From positions 32,490,001 to 32,550,000 of the forward strand of contig NC_087251.1 of assembly GCF_037042905.1 (NCBI RefSeq): a stretch of DNA of 60,000 nt. Reading direction: 5' to 3'. The notes beneath the pieces were generated by a model. The model made no database searches. It saw only the letters and a list, made by a program, of their open reading frames with translations, and was not told the origin of the DNA. Shown one piece after another: positions 1 to 13,751 of this stretch (position 1 is its first letter; each line of letters begins with the position of its first letter). Position numbers and translations under genes: made by a program. Source of the stretch: Lytechinus pictus (lineage: Eukaryota).

Positions 1-3000
1 TTTTGGTGGAATGTGTTTTGAACTCAAATGAACAGCACATGTATATGGCTTACTCTCTGCTTCTCCACATCTTTCTTTCTCTCTCCTTTTCTCATTTACT
101 CTCACTTTTGTCTCTCTCACACACACATCGACATAACCAAACATTCTTACTCATGAACACACACGAAAACATGCACACCCTTACACTATCATTCTGTACG
201 AAGGCAAAATATTTCAGACGAGTGTAGTATTATGATATATTTATTGCTAATATATTTCTCTCTATGGAAGACATAAGTGTACATCAGTAACTACACTAGG
301 TATAACCATTCTTGGAAGAAGAAAAAAATGACTACCTAATATATAAAATCAAAATAATAGTATACATATGGTTTGCAAATGCTCCCATCCATGAACGAGT
401 GAGTCTACATTTCCACAATTCAAAGATAGAAATAATAATAGGGAAGTGCATTCCAATCAGGACAATGAACCCAAGGGGGTATTGCAAGAAATCTATTTGC
501 AATCAATTTCAAATATCAATTACAAATTTACACTTTAAAAAGCCTATTTTCAAATAAATCAAATCAATTGCAAATTTGGACTTATTTCCAGGACTTATAA
601 TTGACTTTAGGATCCAAAAACTAGCCTGATTTGCAAATTAATTGCAACTTAACAGTAACATCCCCTGAATAGATTTACATCCAGGTGCCCATTTCATAAA
701 CTTGTTATAATAACAAATTTGCAATAACAGTTCAAAGCTACTGAGATTATTCAAATTGCAAGAATCTTCAATCCTGAAGGAGGCAGATTTAACCTAAAGA
801 AGAAGGAATTGAGTGGTTGATAGTAAACTTGTTATCGAAACTAGCATTTGTTATTATAGCAAGTATTTCAATATTTCCCGGGGAGCATTCAAGAAAGTTT
901 CCTAACTCAATTGCTAAGCATACTACAATGGCTTTTAAAAATTTTAAATATTAAAATTTAAAAAAAAGTTAGATATAATCATACGACTAAAAACAATATG
1001 ACTTTAATATAATACATACCATTCCATAACTGTAAAATATAACAAATATTTCCATGAATTATATACATACAAATATCTATATAAAGATTTCAAAACACAG
1101 TCTGTGTAACAATAATTAACAAGGTATTACAATTTTGTTGTCCTTTCAAATGATTGATTGAAAGACAATCAGAGTAGCAAAAACTATGTGTACAACATAA
1201 CAATGAAGGTGTAAAGACAACACTTTCTCATATATGTTTTTTCAGCTTATAGGATTAAATCAGTATTTTCTCAGATATATTACCCAAAACTTCAAAATAA
1301 AACATAACATTACATGGGATATGTAGAATCGAATCAGTGATAGGTCGATACGCCATCACATGTCATCATATCTGCAAAGATCAAATTTATTATAGTCAAG
1401 GATTTGACGTCACCTTGGTGAATATAACTGCATTGTATTGTAAACTATGGCGTTTTTTTCAATGAGGTGACATCACTTTCTGCTTAAAACTTGCGTAATC
1501 AAGTAGTTTACTTGATGTACGTGCTAGTGTGTACGCGTCGATTTCATGAAGCACGCACCTGCTAAATTTTTTTTCATTATGATGTAGACAGATCATATTG
1601 CATAAAAGTTACCATTATGGTAACTTTGCCATTCAGTGGTAACTTGCATGGTATCCTTGATTCTGATTGGTTGTTGATCAGTGTTACCATAGTAGTTACC
1701 ATTGGACGGCAAAGTTTTTTGCGATGGGGCCCAGAGCTGCAGCAATCATGAGTTTATCATAGAGCCATATCATAAAGGCAGATTCTAATGGTGAATCTAC
1801 ATAGACTATATAATAAAATAACAGATATTACCTGGTCTATCTCTTCATATATAACATTTTAAACTCCCCTTTGAAGCTATATTTTTCCCTTGGGAAAATA
1901 TTTTCCCTCAGCACTGCGCGCTTTGTGTAAAATATCCCGTTGGTAAAATGTAACTCTGTCAGGGAAATGAAATGTTATTTTGATGAAACTCTAGGTAGGC
2001 AATATCTGTATAGTAAAACATCTATTTGTTGGTCAGTGTATAACCAAGAAATTTGTCTTATCTTAGATGAACTGTAATAAATTCTATGTAGTATGGAAGT
2101 AAAATATATTATACCTTTAAATACAAGGCACTTAAAAAACAATGCATACTTTAAGCAGAAATGAAAGATGAATTTGTATACTACAATAAAATACATGTAG
2201 TCCAAAGTCAAGTAAAAAAAAAAAAACCAGCAGTTTAAATGCAAACACATAACATGCCTACTCTTTGCATATTTCACAATTAAACATGTAGCGCTCTTTA
2301 GTCCAATTTACTTCAAATTGTGCCATATCGGTTCCAATGATTCTATTGCTTTCATTTGAGGTATAAATTACAATGGTTTTATAGATCTTTAAATCTAACA
2401 AAGAGGCTGCAAGGGCGGAAATTTCTCCCCAAAGATAGGGGTGACCAGGGATGGGACAAATTTGACAAGCAAAAAAAAATCAAAATCATAAAGACTAAAT
2501 ATAGTAGGGGGGACATTTGATATTGTGTCCCCCCCACTATTTTTATTAGGGGGGACGTGTCCCCCCTGTCCCCCTGAGATTTTCGCCCATAAGTGCCGGT
2601 ATTAGCAGGTATCTTTTATTGCCAATAAAATGTTGATATACAGGGTTCACCATAAAGTCGAGACAGTTTTTGTTGCATTGATATTGCATTTGCCATTAAG
2701 CACTAAAAAGATACTCGTAACTTTACCCATATAGTCGAGAGTGCACATATTCCCAAATCGTGCTCCCAACCCAAAGGAATATATTTTCCTTCTCTACCAT
2801 ATCAACTGCAACTACTTTTCAGTGATCTAAGACACATTACCTCTGCATGAAATTAAACGATAGTACACGTATTTGAGGTATTTCCATGGAATAAATATAA
2901 CAGCATAGTTCAAATATTTGTACTGGAGATCAAATATGTAGCAGCAAAAAGTATAATATAAACATAACCAAAATGTATTCTCTCTTCCTCTCTCACTCTC

Positions 3001-3928
3001 TCTCTCTGTTTAACTCTTTCTAAATTGACACAGGACAAGATAAAGATTGACATATTCCTTTCTCTCATATCAAAAGCCTTCAATGAAATACCCAGTGAAT
3101 GAGAAATGGTTTTATACATCTTGATGTAGGAATGTGGTCACAAAAAATATATAACAATCATACATGTATGACTGCTTGAGACCTGTTTGGAAGAATATCT
3201 AAACACTTAAAATATTCGGAATAATCATCCTCCCACCCTCACCAACACGAACATGCCTAAGTAATCAACCTTATTATACACAACCACATTCTAATCATTA
3301 ATAACCTTTTTTTAGTGTTTTTTTTTTCAAAAGAACAATTATTACAATCATATATTTAACAGGTTCTTTGTAAGACAGAAATATATATGTTAAAGATCTC
3401 AATAACAATTCAATATATTCAAGCAAGTAATGACTAAAATGCAGTTATACATTATTTCTCATTTCTCTCATTTTATTATATATAATATAAAGACATGATA
3501 GTACATGTAACATGGAAGACACAACTTAATCATAAAATTTCATAAAGAAATCACTCTGTCATACCATTAATAAACTAATGTAAAAAGTATTGTTTTCATA
3601 ATCCCCGACTTTCATGAGCTTCTTCAATGACTGAATAAAATGAAATACAATATGTCAGTGAGAAGTACCAATGGCCAGGGGTGGTTTATCCTACTGCCTG
3701 TGTCAAAAGGAGGCAGTGTAAGTTCCATATAATGCAATATGACAAAATGTATATAAGACGAACAGAAAAAACATCTTTATCAACCCCCCCCCCCGCCCTT
3801 CCACCATAGGAGCCCCCATATAGAAAATCTACATGCTTGGAGTTGGAAGGGAGCTCACCCAATAAAAAATAAAAACCAATAATGCGTTCCTAACATCAAA
3901 TCCAGACAGAAAGGAATGTTACTGATCA

Positions 3929-4102
3929 GGTGGGTGTTTCATAAAGCTGTTCGTAAGATAAGAACGACTTTAAGAACGACTGGTGATCCTTTCTTTTGGT
4001 AAATGGCATACACCATAGGCAATGGTTTAGCGCGTAAGAGAGGGTCACCAATCGTTCTTAAAGTCGCTCTTAACTTACGAACAGCTTTATGAAACGGCCT
4101 CC
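3929..4102. mobile_element. Palindromic MITE (Harbinger-like), family copy 1 of 3
   Basis: Long TIR gtttcataaagctgttcgtaag...cttacgaacagctttatgaaac; other copies at 33850-34016 and 57311-57500. Confidence 0.8.
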
Positions 4103-4103
4103 T

Positions 4104-4243
4104 GGGCCTGTAACACAAAGCTTAGCAATCATCACAGAACACTTTTCTATGTCTGATTGCATTCACTACATTGTACAATAACCGCTAATCGTGAATATCA
4201 AGCGTATACATGATTAATTGCTAATTTTTGTGCTACAGGACAC
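4104..4243. mobile_element. Short MITE (gtaacacaaag...ttgtgttac family)
   Basis: Related copies at about 8465-8600 and 25158-25290. Confidence 0.6.
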
Positions 4244-4774
4244 TGATTAATCATCTGCAGAACTGAAGCCATTTAAGACTTTTGGTAATCTTTTTAGCTT
4301 AATCACAACATGGAATGGCAAATCCAAAGTTTTAATCTAGCATATTAAGATTAACTTGCCAGTATTTAATTATTTTCTGGCTCGTACACTCCTTGTCGCA
4401 CAGACTGCCTGCAATCTCTATGTGATCGCTACCTTTCAGTTGAGATTGCAGAAACATTCTTCAGCAAAAAGCATGCATAATAGTCTAGCATCCCTGACAA
4501 AAACATAATAATAGACATCATAAGAACTGATAATTTCAGATGAAGAGGATATATACTTTACCCTTACATTCATGGCTCAACCAAAGGCTCGAAGCTGTTT
4601 ATTAAGTAAATGAAAATAATTACTTTCTTATTTTTAAAAAGAATGTCTTCCACATTGAGATACCCATCATCAAATTATCGTCATCAAAGTGCTATCTGAA
4701 CAGGGAAAGGCTACATTCTATGACTCAGCCCTGAAAATAAAAAGTTTCTTTCACAGTATATCAAGATACCTATG

Positions 4775-5001
4775 CTACAGATCAACTGTAGATGGAATAT
4801 CATCCATACCATAGTACTGGTGTGATATGCTTTTCTCATGAACTTTGACCACCCGTAAACCTGAGGGTTGCTTTCCCATTTCAAAGCCAGCAGGGCTCTG
4901 TGAAAGCGGACAGCCCATTGCGGATGTCACAACCTCTTCCATTCCCTTATATGATCCTCCAGCATTCCGATGGTAGTGGCCGCAGAATATAGTGTTAACA
5001 C
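4775..5001 (-). CDS. CPPED1: CPPED1 last coding exon ([15 protein letters not shown]...DL*)
   Basis: ctcag acceptor, GHYH motif, TAG stop. Confidence 0.95.
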
Positions 5002-8000
5002 CTGAGAAAAGATATATCAGAGAAGGTAGTATCAAAGAAGGTGGAGCGTCATGGCCCAGTGGATTAATCTCCGGACTTTGAAACAGAGGGTTGTGGGTTC
5101 AAATCCCAGCCATGGCATAATTTCCTTCAGCAAGGAATTCATCCACAGTGTGCAGCACTCAACCAAGGTGAGATAAATGGGTACCGGCAGGAAGTAATTC
5201 CTCAAAAAGCTGTGTGCACCAAATAGGTAACCTAGCTTAGCTGGGTAATAATAATAATAGCAGGGGCCGCTGGCAGAACAGTTTTCAGAACAGAAGTGGC
5301 TTCCCTGTGTAAATATACCATTATTATTTTATTCTTGTGAATTTCTGAAATAGGTTTCATTCTGTATGAAATACAACCCTGAATTGAAGCATATGTATCA
5401 CAATTGCAATACAGAAACTAAAGAAGACCCATTCTGACTAAAGTGGCTGGACTGATTCAACCACTACACAGAAAACAACCTCCAAGAATCTACTACTGAG
5501 AAACTCTTCAGACAGTTTCTTCCAAGATACGCTTTCAACAGGGAGGTAACAAAAAGGATGCTTGAACATCTAATTCCCCCCCCCCCCTAAAACAGTTCTC
5601 CCTTTTTAACATTACCTGAATGACTGATATGTCCCATACTTACCTGCTGCAATAAACTTGTCTAACATTGGCATCCGAATATCAAGATCTATATTGAAGT
5701 ATTCATTCTCTTCTTCTGGTTTGTTTAGAAACCATGGTATATGCTGGAAGATCAATAGATGCTTACACCCAGATGACTTGGCAGCTAAAGTAAGAGATGG
5801 ATAAAAAAAATTATGAAATTGAGTTCAAGACAAAGTCTCTCTATATTATAGATATTACATGAGAAATGTTATTTATCAGACTGCCAAAACTGACAGGTTG
5901 AAAACAATGGTTTATTAATTTTGTTTTATTCTAAAAATAATTCAAAAGTAGGGTTACTTAACCCAAGAGAATCAGGTCTAATAATCTGTATCCCATTTTC
6001 TTCAAAACTTCAAGAAAAATTAATTAAACTTCAAGGAAAGCTATCAAACTTACAGAAAATTATTCAACTTTTTATACACAATTAAGTCTCATAATGCAAT
6101 TTTGTGCAAAAATGAACTATTGCAAACTGTACTCATTACAACCGATTCTGCTAACACTGAAGAATCTGTGTCGATTGTTACACTGTACATATTTGACCAA
6201 GAGACAAAGACACATTCGATGGAAAGACAGGATGAGAGAAAGAGAGAGACAGAGGAGGGAGAATCAAATCATTACCATCTAATTCTGCCTCAAGCCACAC
6301 ATCTTGCTCTTTCTTCAGTTCTTGTACTTTGCTAGCATCTTCATAGAGTTGAGAATTCAACACCAAGCAACGCACACCTCCAGCCCAAAATCCAAAATAG
6401 TCATCCCCAAATCTGAAATTGAACAAGCCAAGGAAACAGTTATGAATAAAGGAGAATCTGTACTTTGAATTCAACTGGATTCACTTGGATGTTGAGATGT
6501 AAAGCAATATGCCTACATGCTCTTGCTAATTGAACAAAAAATATATATCATAGATTTTATAAGCTTTCGTAACTTCAACCTTCTTCAAAACTACAATCAT
6601 GATTAGCATGCATTACATTTTGATACTGACAAGATTTATTGTGAAGTATATACCCGGTACCATTTTAATAGCAACAACAACAACAATAATAATAGATTTC
6701 ATCATACTTATTCCTGAAGTTTTGAATAGATTTCCTTGTTGGAGTATTGCCTATATCATGATTGCCGCAGACACAAACTAGAGGTATACTTGGATCCACC
6801 TTGGCAAACTCTTTCAAGAAATCTGCTTCTTGTTCTTCTTTCTGATTATCATCTGAAATACAATCAAAAGTAAACCAACAGAATTTAAAGATAAATGAAA
6901 GCAGTTGCGGGAAACAGCGATATTATGAGAACGTAGATCTGTAAAACTAAGGTTATTTGTCGCTGAATGTCATTATACACACAGATCTACATCTGGTACA
7001 CTTACATGAACTAAACTTCGAGAAATGTTAGCTAAAAAATGATCACATTGAAGATCATCAACGCAGATAAGTAGGGGAAGGCGGGGTAAGTTGTGACACT
7101 TTTTGCATTTTGCATATTAGAATTGATATGACTTATAATATTGTAGTATTAAGTACCTTGCCTTTAAATTTGATTCTTGGGAAATATTTTTCACCTATAT
7201 ATAACTTTCTACTCCCACACTGAAAGTCATTGTGACCTTTGAAAAAAACGATGTCAAATGGCTCAACTTGCCCCATCTTTGGGGTAAGTTGTGCCACCTT
7301 CTGGGGTAAGTTGAGCCACAAAAACTATTTAAAAACGTATGGGGGAAGAACCGGCATGTCAATTTTTATATTTAAAGTCTTTTCACTTGCTAATTGTCTA
7401 TAAATACTAACATCCTCTAAGAGTAAAAGAACGATCGTGTGAACTTGCTCCGTTCTGCCTGCATATCTTTTATATATATTTTATACATTACCATAAGAAT
7501 TACCATGGCTCAACTTGCCCCATGTTGGCTGGCACAATTTACCCCAGTCCAAACCTAATGCGATATTTTCACATCCACACATTTCTTATGCATCCATCAT
7601 GTAAAAGACTATGACAAGAATGAGAATCCATACCTGGACTAACAATATTGTTCTTATTTCTTTATTATATTTAAAGACGTGTGTGGGGAAAAAGCACTGA
7701 TCAACATATATTTCAGTCCCTTTTTTACTTTTTTGGCTGAAATATTCCCCTCTAAAAAAGTACTTTTTGCTTCAAAGTTGAAAACAATGTTGTGGGGTTA
7801 AGGGTTATGTAATGGGTCATCAATACATGACACCATCACAATGTCTGACTCATTCATTTTTGGCCTGGGGGTGGAGGCTCAACTTGCCCCTATGCTTAAC
7901 TTACCCTGCCTTCCCCTACATGTGGGATAGTATATTATTTGGTTGAAAAGACCCAACAGTGAGCTGGAATCCCATGCATATTTTGCTACTTTCTAAGTAG

Positions 8001-11000
8001 TTACCCAATTTCTTCATGAATCCTTTGGCACATGTCACATGTTTCAAATACATACAGACAATTTGGTGGTCATTTTTTTTCATGGATTGCGTTCGATCTA
8101 ATTTTGAAACTGGCACTTATCTTCATGAAAAAAAAAGTTGTACAAGTAACATGAAAACAAACATTCTAACCAATAATTTATGGCATCAAAGATAAACGTG
8201 ACTTTAAATGAGCAAAGTACATGTGTACATCTCATGTTGTAAAAAAAATATTGCTTCTTGACAAAGAAAAAAAAAGAACGTACAATTACAAATTAGGTAT
8301 CTTGCATTAATACCAGCTGGATAGAGCTAAAAATGCTCTTTTGAGGTCATTTAAAGTACCGGTACTCCAAAAGGTCAAGGGTACACAAAGTTCCACACCT
8401 CTTTTTGAAGCATTGCATGTTGTTTCTTATGCGCTGGTATGACCCTATACACTGTTGTGTCATGGACTCCGTAACACAAAGGTTTGCAATGAATTGCAAA
8501 TATGAAAGAACCACACTGATTGGTTCCCGGGCAGTACTTTAAACAGACCGCGCATGCAACGATGATCTTGATTGGTCATTGGTATTTAGCAATTGATTGC
8601 AAACTTTCATGTTACGAAGCCATGGATGATGGAGTACTTTTTCTTTGCCTCAAGGTCATGTACGTAGCAGCGTACAATTAGCACCATCTAGCTTTTGGAT
8701 ATCAATGGTATCTTAAACATGCACTCACATTAATTCAATTGCCTATTGACAAATCATTTAACATGATCTTGTGATTTTATCATTTCCGTTTAATCAATAA
8801 AAAGAAAATGTATGTTTGGTAACTCAGTCAATATATCAAATTCAATAAAATTGATCTCCTTTTGACCTTGAATTGGGGTAAGTTTCTATTGGCTTTACTT
8901 ACATTGTAAATTGATCATTCTTTAGTTTTATGATATTAAGTACGTGTATTACTCTCTTGACTCTTTATACACAGTATTCAGAGGTTTTGGATATTTATTC
9001 TATTCTTTTCAATGTATAAAGGTTGTAATATAAAGTAAACAGATGCCTGAAAATATGCCTTGATGATGAGTATCAGAATATTAAACATTTTACTCTTTAA
9101 GTATTTCATTATGGTTCTAGTCATTACTTTCCGTAAGTTATAGTAAGCCGCATCATCGGCATCATTAAAATCACAATTACCACCTTCACCCATAACTTTT
9201 ATATTCAGTCAATAATCAGAGTAGATCAAAATCTCCTAGTAGTATAAAAGGCATAATTTAATTCAAATCCAGAAAAATTGAAGAATTAGAGTTCAAATTA
9301 CATTGTTTCCTTACTCAGTATTTAAGTCAAATATAACATTTTTCCTCTTTTAATATTGCAAATTATTTTCAAATATTTCATTAACGAGATTAATACAACT
9401 TTTTTTACCAAAGTTATTAAGTTGGCGACAAGTTTGACATGAAATAGCATTAGATTACAATGTATTATTTTTATTTAATCATAATGTTACTACTAATTCT
9501 TAGAATTCATGTAAAAAAATCAGAAACTATTTACATTCATGAATAGGCAAATCCTGTTATACTGTGATTACAAAAGAAAAACAGTAACGTAGATGCATGT
9601 AGGGCTTGGAAACATAGGACGCTTACCAGGCATAGCATGAATTAAATCCCCACAGACCACAAAGAACTTGGGTTTAGGCTTCATCCTGTTGATAGCTGCT
9701 ATAGCTTTCCTTGTGAGTTCTATTTCAGCTTGCCATGTGATAGGTTTCTTTCCTGACATATCATCTATCATACCATACTGTGGATCTGCTCCTTGGATGA
9801 AACAAAATGGACCTTTCCACCCCTTCTCATTCTCTGTTAGGAAGGAGAATAAAGGAAATCTATTTAGTCTATGGTCAATTGCTTAAGACTGAACATTACT
9901 TTAGATCATTTTAAATTAAACAGGTACTCTGAGCAGAAAATAAATTATACAGGCATATCTAAATGAGTAAAATTCATTGGACAACATGCCAAAAATTCCA
10001 TCAAAATCTAATAACAAATAATAAAATCATTAAATTTCAAAGTTTACCACTTCTTTGTGAAAAAAAGGTTACAAGCACATGATAATGAATATTCATAGGG
10101 TGAACTGTTGATGTCATGTACCCATTTTCCCTTTCATTATGTTATTATACATGGAATCATAATAATTATGTGTGTATGATATATCTCCCTTCCAATGAAA
10201 TAAGTTGAAGCAGTGTCTTATGTCTAATGCATTCAATCAGTTGTCAATCGAATTTGTATAATTCTTGGAGGAAAAAATTTGAATTAACACAATTTCATAT
10301 AACTAGCACATCAATGATGTGGAGCTCATCCGGCATCTTGCAACAAAATTTAACACAATTTTAATTTCAGCCCAGTTGACACTGTAGTGAATTATATTAG
10401 TGACATAAATTGAGGATATAGAATTGAAATTGATGAAGAAATGACATAGAAGCATTTTTTGTGATCTATGAATAAATTTGAATTATTTCATATAAATTAA
10501 GCATAAATAATTTTCTAGTCAAAATTTCTAAACTCTGTGTAGAACCTTGGTAAACCTCATGTAGCTCTCAGATGGAACAAAAATAATCAAAATCAATCAA
10601 CAAATAAATAAGTATTTTTGTGAGTTTTTAAAATATATGAATTAGCATATTTAATGAGTTTCAAAATTCTGTGTTGAAATTTTGTATCACCACCTAGAGC
10701 TATCATATAAAGTAAACAAAATTGAAATTGATCCACAAATGAAAGAGAAAAAACATTTTTTGTGATTTATGAATAAATTTTGCGTAAATTAGCATAAATA
10801 ATTTTCCTGACAAAATTTCAAAATTTTGTGTACATGTTTGGTGAACCTCATGCAGCTCTACCAGATGGAAGAAAAAAAAATCAAAATCGATCAACAAATA
10901 AAGAAGAAGAGGCATTTTCTGTGATTTATGAATAAATTTTGCATAAATTATCATAAATAATTTTCTACTGAAAATTTCAAAATTCTGCGTAGAAGTTTGG

Positions 11001-12711
11001 TGAACCTCATGAAGTTCTACCAGATCATCCAGATGAAAGAAAAAAATCAAAATCGGTCAAAAATTAAAGAAGCATTTTTTGTGAATTTTTAAAAATACAC
11101 ATAAATTAGCATATTTAATGAGTTTCAAAATAATGTGTAAAAGTTTTGAATCCCCCACCTAATGATATCATATAAAGCAAACAGAATTGAAATTTTAAAT
11201 GACTTTAAATGATGAAGAAGAAGCATTTTGAAATTCAGTCAACAAATAAAGAAGAGGCATTTTCTGTGATTTATGAATTTCGCATAAATTAGCATAAAAA
11301 ATTTTCTACTTCAAATTTCAAAATTCTGTGTATAAGTTTGGTGAACCTCATGAAGCTCTACCAGATGGAAGAAAAAAATCAAAATCGGTCAACAAATAAA
11401 GAAGCATTTTATGTGAATTTTCAAAAATATGCATAAATTAATTTCGCATAAAATTAGCATAAAAATTGTTCTAGTCAAAATTTCAAAATTCTGTGTAGAA
11501 GTTTGGTGAACCTCATGAAGCTCTACCAGATGGAAGCAAAAAAATCAAAATCGGTCAACAAATAAATCATTTTTTGTGAACTTTGAAAAATGCGCATAAA
11601 TTAGCATATTTAATGAGTTTCAAAATTATGTGTAGAAGTTTTGAATCCCCACCTAGTGCTATCATATAAAGCAAACAGAATTGAAATCGGACTTGAAATG
11701 GCGAAGAAGAAGCATTTTGAAATTGTGGACGGACGACAGACAACAGACGACGGACGCCACGCCACGGCATAAGCTCATCTGGCCCCCTCGGGCCGGATGA
11801 GCTAATAAAATACAATAGAACAAGTGGGGATATCATAATATACATGTAAATGACATATTGATTTGCTCATTGAATATTCGTGAAGACATGCATAGAATTT
11901 TTTGACAAAAGTAATGCAAATCTTTGAAATGGCGTAACTTTGTTATTCCTTGTCTGATTTACATCAAATTTTCATTGTTGTTTGTCTTATTTTTTTATCA
12001 AATCAAATCATAATATTTTTAGCCTGGAGTACCCCTTTCAGGCCCGCCTGAGTAAGAAAAACAGGTTGAGCGCTGCCGTGTGACGGTGTGTACACTAAAG
12101 GAGCTTTTGGTGACATCATTTTATTCTGCTCTGTGATACTGATAATCCTTTGCAATTTGTTTATACAGCATAATAGCACAAACTCATGTGAATAATTTCT
12201 TGATGATTATTTTTTTTTCATATTAATTATTACTTTTCTAAAAAAAAAAATATTTAGCATTAATTCCCATGTTTCATACATAGCATAGGCCGACAATTCT
12301 AGAGGGAAATTAGAATATTTTCTACCCGGATTTTCTAATAGTACAAATTTTGACATTTTTGTATTTTAAAAAAATTTCATGTGGCGGCCAAAATAGATGA
12401 GCGCGAGGACGATCAACTACTCTCTTTTTTAACTTGGCCTTAATAATATTTTGTTAAATATTCTGAAATACAGGACAAATAGGCGTCCCATGAAGGGTTT
12501 GTTGGGACGCCAGGACAAAGGAGCAAAATACGGGACGATCCCGGGAAATATGGGACGTCTGATCACCCTGGTAATTATACCCCTTAATATACCCAAGTTT
12601 CATGAACACAGAACAGATTGGCCAAAAAAATATTTCTATTTCCATTTTGTTCTTACCATCTAAACCCTCATATTTTCGATCTTTTGCTTTAACAATGAAT
12701 TCTGCCATCAT
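4775..12711 (-). CDS. CPPED1: Serine/threonine-protein phosphatase CPPED1-like (calcineurin-like phosphoesterase), 6 coding exons, 303 aa
   Basis: Exons 12711-12657, 9833-9627, 6852-6708, 6412-6276, 5784-5644 and 5001-4775 all have GT-AG boundaries with consistent phases (912 nt). Metallophosphoesterase motifs GADPQYG, CGDLIH, GNHDIG, FQHIPW, GHYHRN and the CPPED1-typical [12 protein letters not shown] are present. Confidence 0.95.
5043..5332 (+). mobile_element. tRNA-derived SINE
   Basis: Pol III A box TGGCCCAGTGG (5052-5062) and B box GGTTCAAATCC (5096-5106); central gcactcaacc.aggtg..aaatgggtacc core; AT-rich tail. Related copies at about 36925-37075 and 30345-30540. Confidence 0.85.
5644..5784 (-). 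CDS. CPPED1: CPPED1 coding exon 5 ([19 protein letters not shown]...DKFIAA)
   Basis: ttag acceptor, gtaagt donor, FQHIP motif. Confidence 0.95.
6276..6412 (-). CDS. CPPED1: CPPED1 coding exon 4 ([12 protein letters not shown]...WLEAELD)
   Basis: tttcag acceptor, gtaatg donor, lies within ORF 6178..6474. Confidence 0.95.
6708..6852 (-). CDS. CPPED1: CPPED1 coding exon 3 (...[20 protein letters not shown]...)
   Basis: tttcag acceptor, gtatga donor, GNHD motif; not in the ORF track. Confidence 0.95.
7074..7916. mobile_element. Non-autonomous DNA transposon with TA TSD (Tc1/mariner-type)
   Basis: TIR ggggaaggcggggtaagtt / aacttaccctgccttcccc, flanked by TA on both sides (7072-73, 7917-18); internal ggctcaacttgcccc subrepeats. 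Confidence 0.8.
9627..9833 (-). CDS. CPPED1: CPPED1 coding exon 2 ([21 protein letters not shown]...CGDLIHAMP)
   Basis: cag acceptor, gtaagc donor, 207 nt, phosphoesterase motifs I and II. Confidence 0.95.
10301..11808. mobile_element. Helentron/HINE (DINE-1-like) non-autonomous element with internal tandem repeats
   Basis: Subterminal inverted repeat agctcatccggc (10323-10334) vs gccggatgagct (11792-11803); terminal hairpin 11772-11803; (GGAC/GAC)n microsatellite; internal 120-170 bp tandem units. Confidence 0.75.
12657..12711 (-). CDS. CPPED1: CPPED1 coding exon 1 ([18 protein letters not shown])
   Basis: ATG ATG start, donor G|gtaag, phase 1 matches the next exon. Confidence 0.85.
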
Positions 12712-12779
12712 TCAGCAACCAATAATGAAGTAGATTCTAGTGCAGCTGAAGCAATCTCAATCCACGGTCAAGTCCACCC

Positions 12780-13260
12780 AAGGGCCAAGCAGCACTACCG
12801 TAGATCTACTGTACTTGATTCCTTTAGTATACCGTGTCTGAGCTAGCTACAAACGCCAGTATGCAGTAGTGAGTTTGCCCCCGGCCCCGCATGTGATCCG
12901 GCGCCGACACGATCGATGATAGGGAACGGTACCGGTACAATTAGCGTAGCCGTAGCTCTGACTGCAGCTCCACCTTCGAGTCGACACTGCCGACAGGTCA
13001 CATAAGTGCAGTCAAACTGTCAAAGTACTTATCTCGCTAAGAAATGCCCACAATTAAACAAAGTGCTTGCATGTAGTTTCTCTGAGACTCTATGGTACTT
13101 CGAGTTGGGATTTTTTTTCACACGAATACCGGTACTGTATAAAAAAGAGAAGATATCTCCACGAAGACACAGCGATAATCCAAATTCATAAATTAAGGTA
13201 CATGTACTTTTGACTATTTATGGAAAGCCGTACAGAGACGTCGCGTCTGGCCTGCCATAA
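12780..13260 (-). promoter_or_regulatory. Putative CPPED1 promoter / 5' region
   Basis: Local GC/CpG-rich island directly upstream of the ATG exon. Confidence 0.45.
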
Positions 13261-13590
13261 TTGCACTTTTTTTGAAGAGTTTTTGTGTTTCATTTTTGTT
13301 TTATTTTGTCTGGTATTGTCTTCGGTTGTTTGTATTGTTTTGTTTTATTTACTATTTTTTAAATTTGTTTTGTTTGGTTTTGGTTTTACCGTCATTTTTT
13401 CCAGCGCAAAAGGCCCCTTCTCCCACTTTTCAGCAAGACAACCAGAGGCAACAGGTTGAGGCAAAAATGTGGTAGGGCAATTTTTATAGCTTTCGAATAA
13501 ACGGAGCGAGCAATTAAAATCTTTGACTTTGATCCTTAATTAATGCAAAAATATAATTTTGTGATAGATTCTGACATAAATTAAGTCAAT

Positions 13591-13751
13591 GGCAAAAAGA
13601 AGCTGCTGAAAACTGCTTATCTAATAAAAGAGAGCCAATGGAGTACATTAGAAAGTCAAAAAGGGGCCTAAGCTTTCGATCCTAGCAGAATCTTTGCCTC
13701 CGACGAAGATTCTGCTAGGATCGAAAGCTTAGGCCCCTTTTTGACTTTCTA
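13591..13751. mobile_element. Penelope-like (PLE) remnant with inversion palindrome and hammerhead-like motif
   Basis: 15-bp direct repeat ataaattaagtcaat flanks the insert (13576-13590, 13752-13766); 48-bp perfect inverted arms; CCGACGA...GAAA core. Confidence 0.6.

Noticed and set aside
1..4774. Additional gene downstream of CPPED1
   Set aside because: Only short low-complexity ORFs and MITE fragments; more consistent with CPPED1 3'UTR or intergenic DNA.
5043..5115. tRNA gene
   Set aside because: A and B boxes are present, but there is no proper acceptor stem and the sequence continues into a SINE body with other copies in the window.
10703..11845. ORFs with internally repeated peptides
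   Set aside because: Translation of the tandem array inside the HINE-like element.
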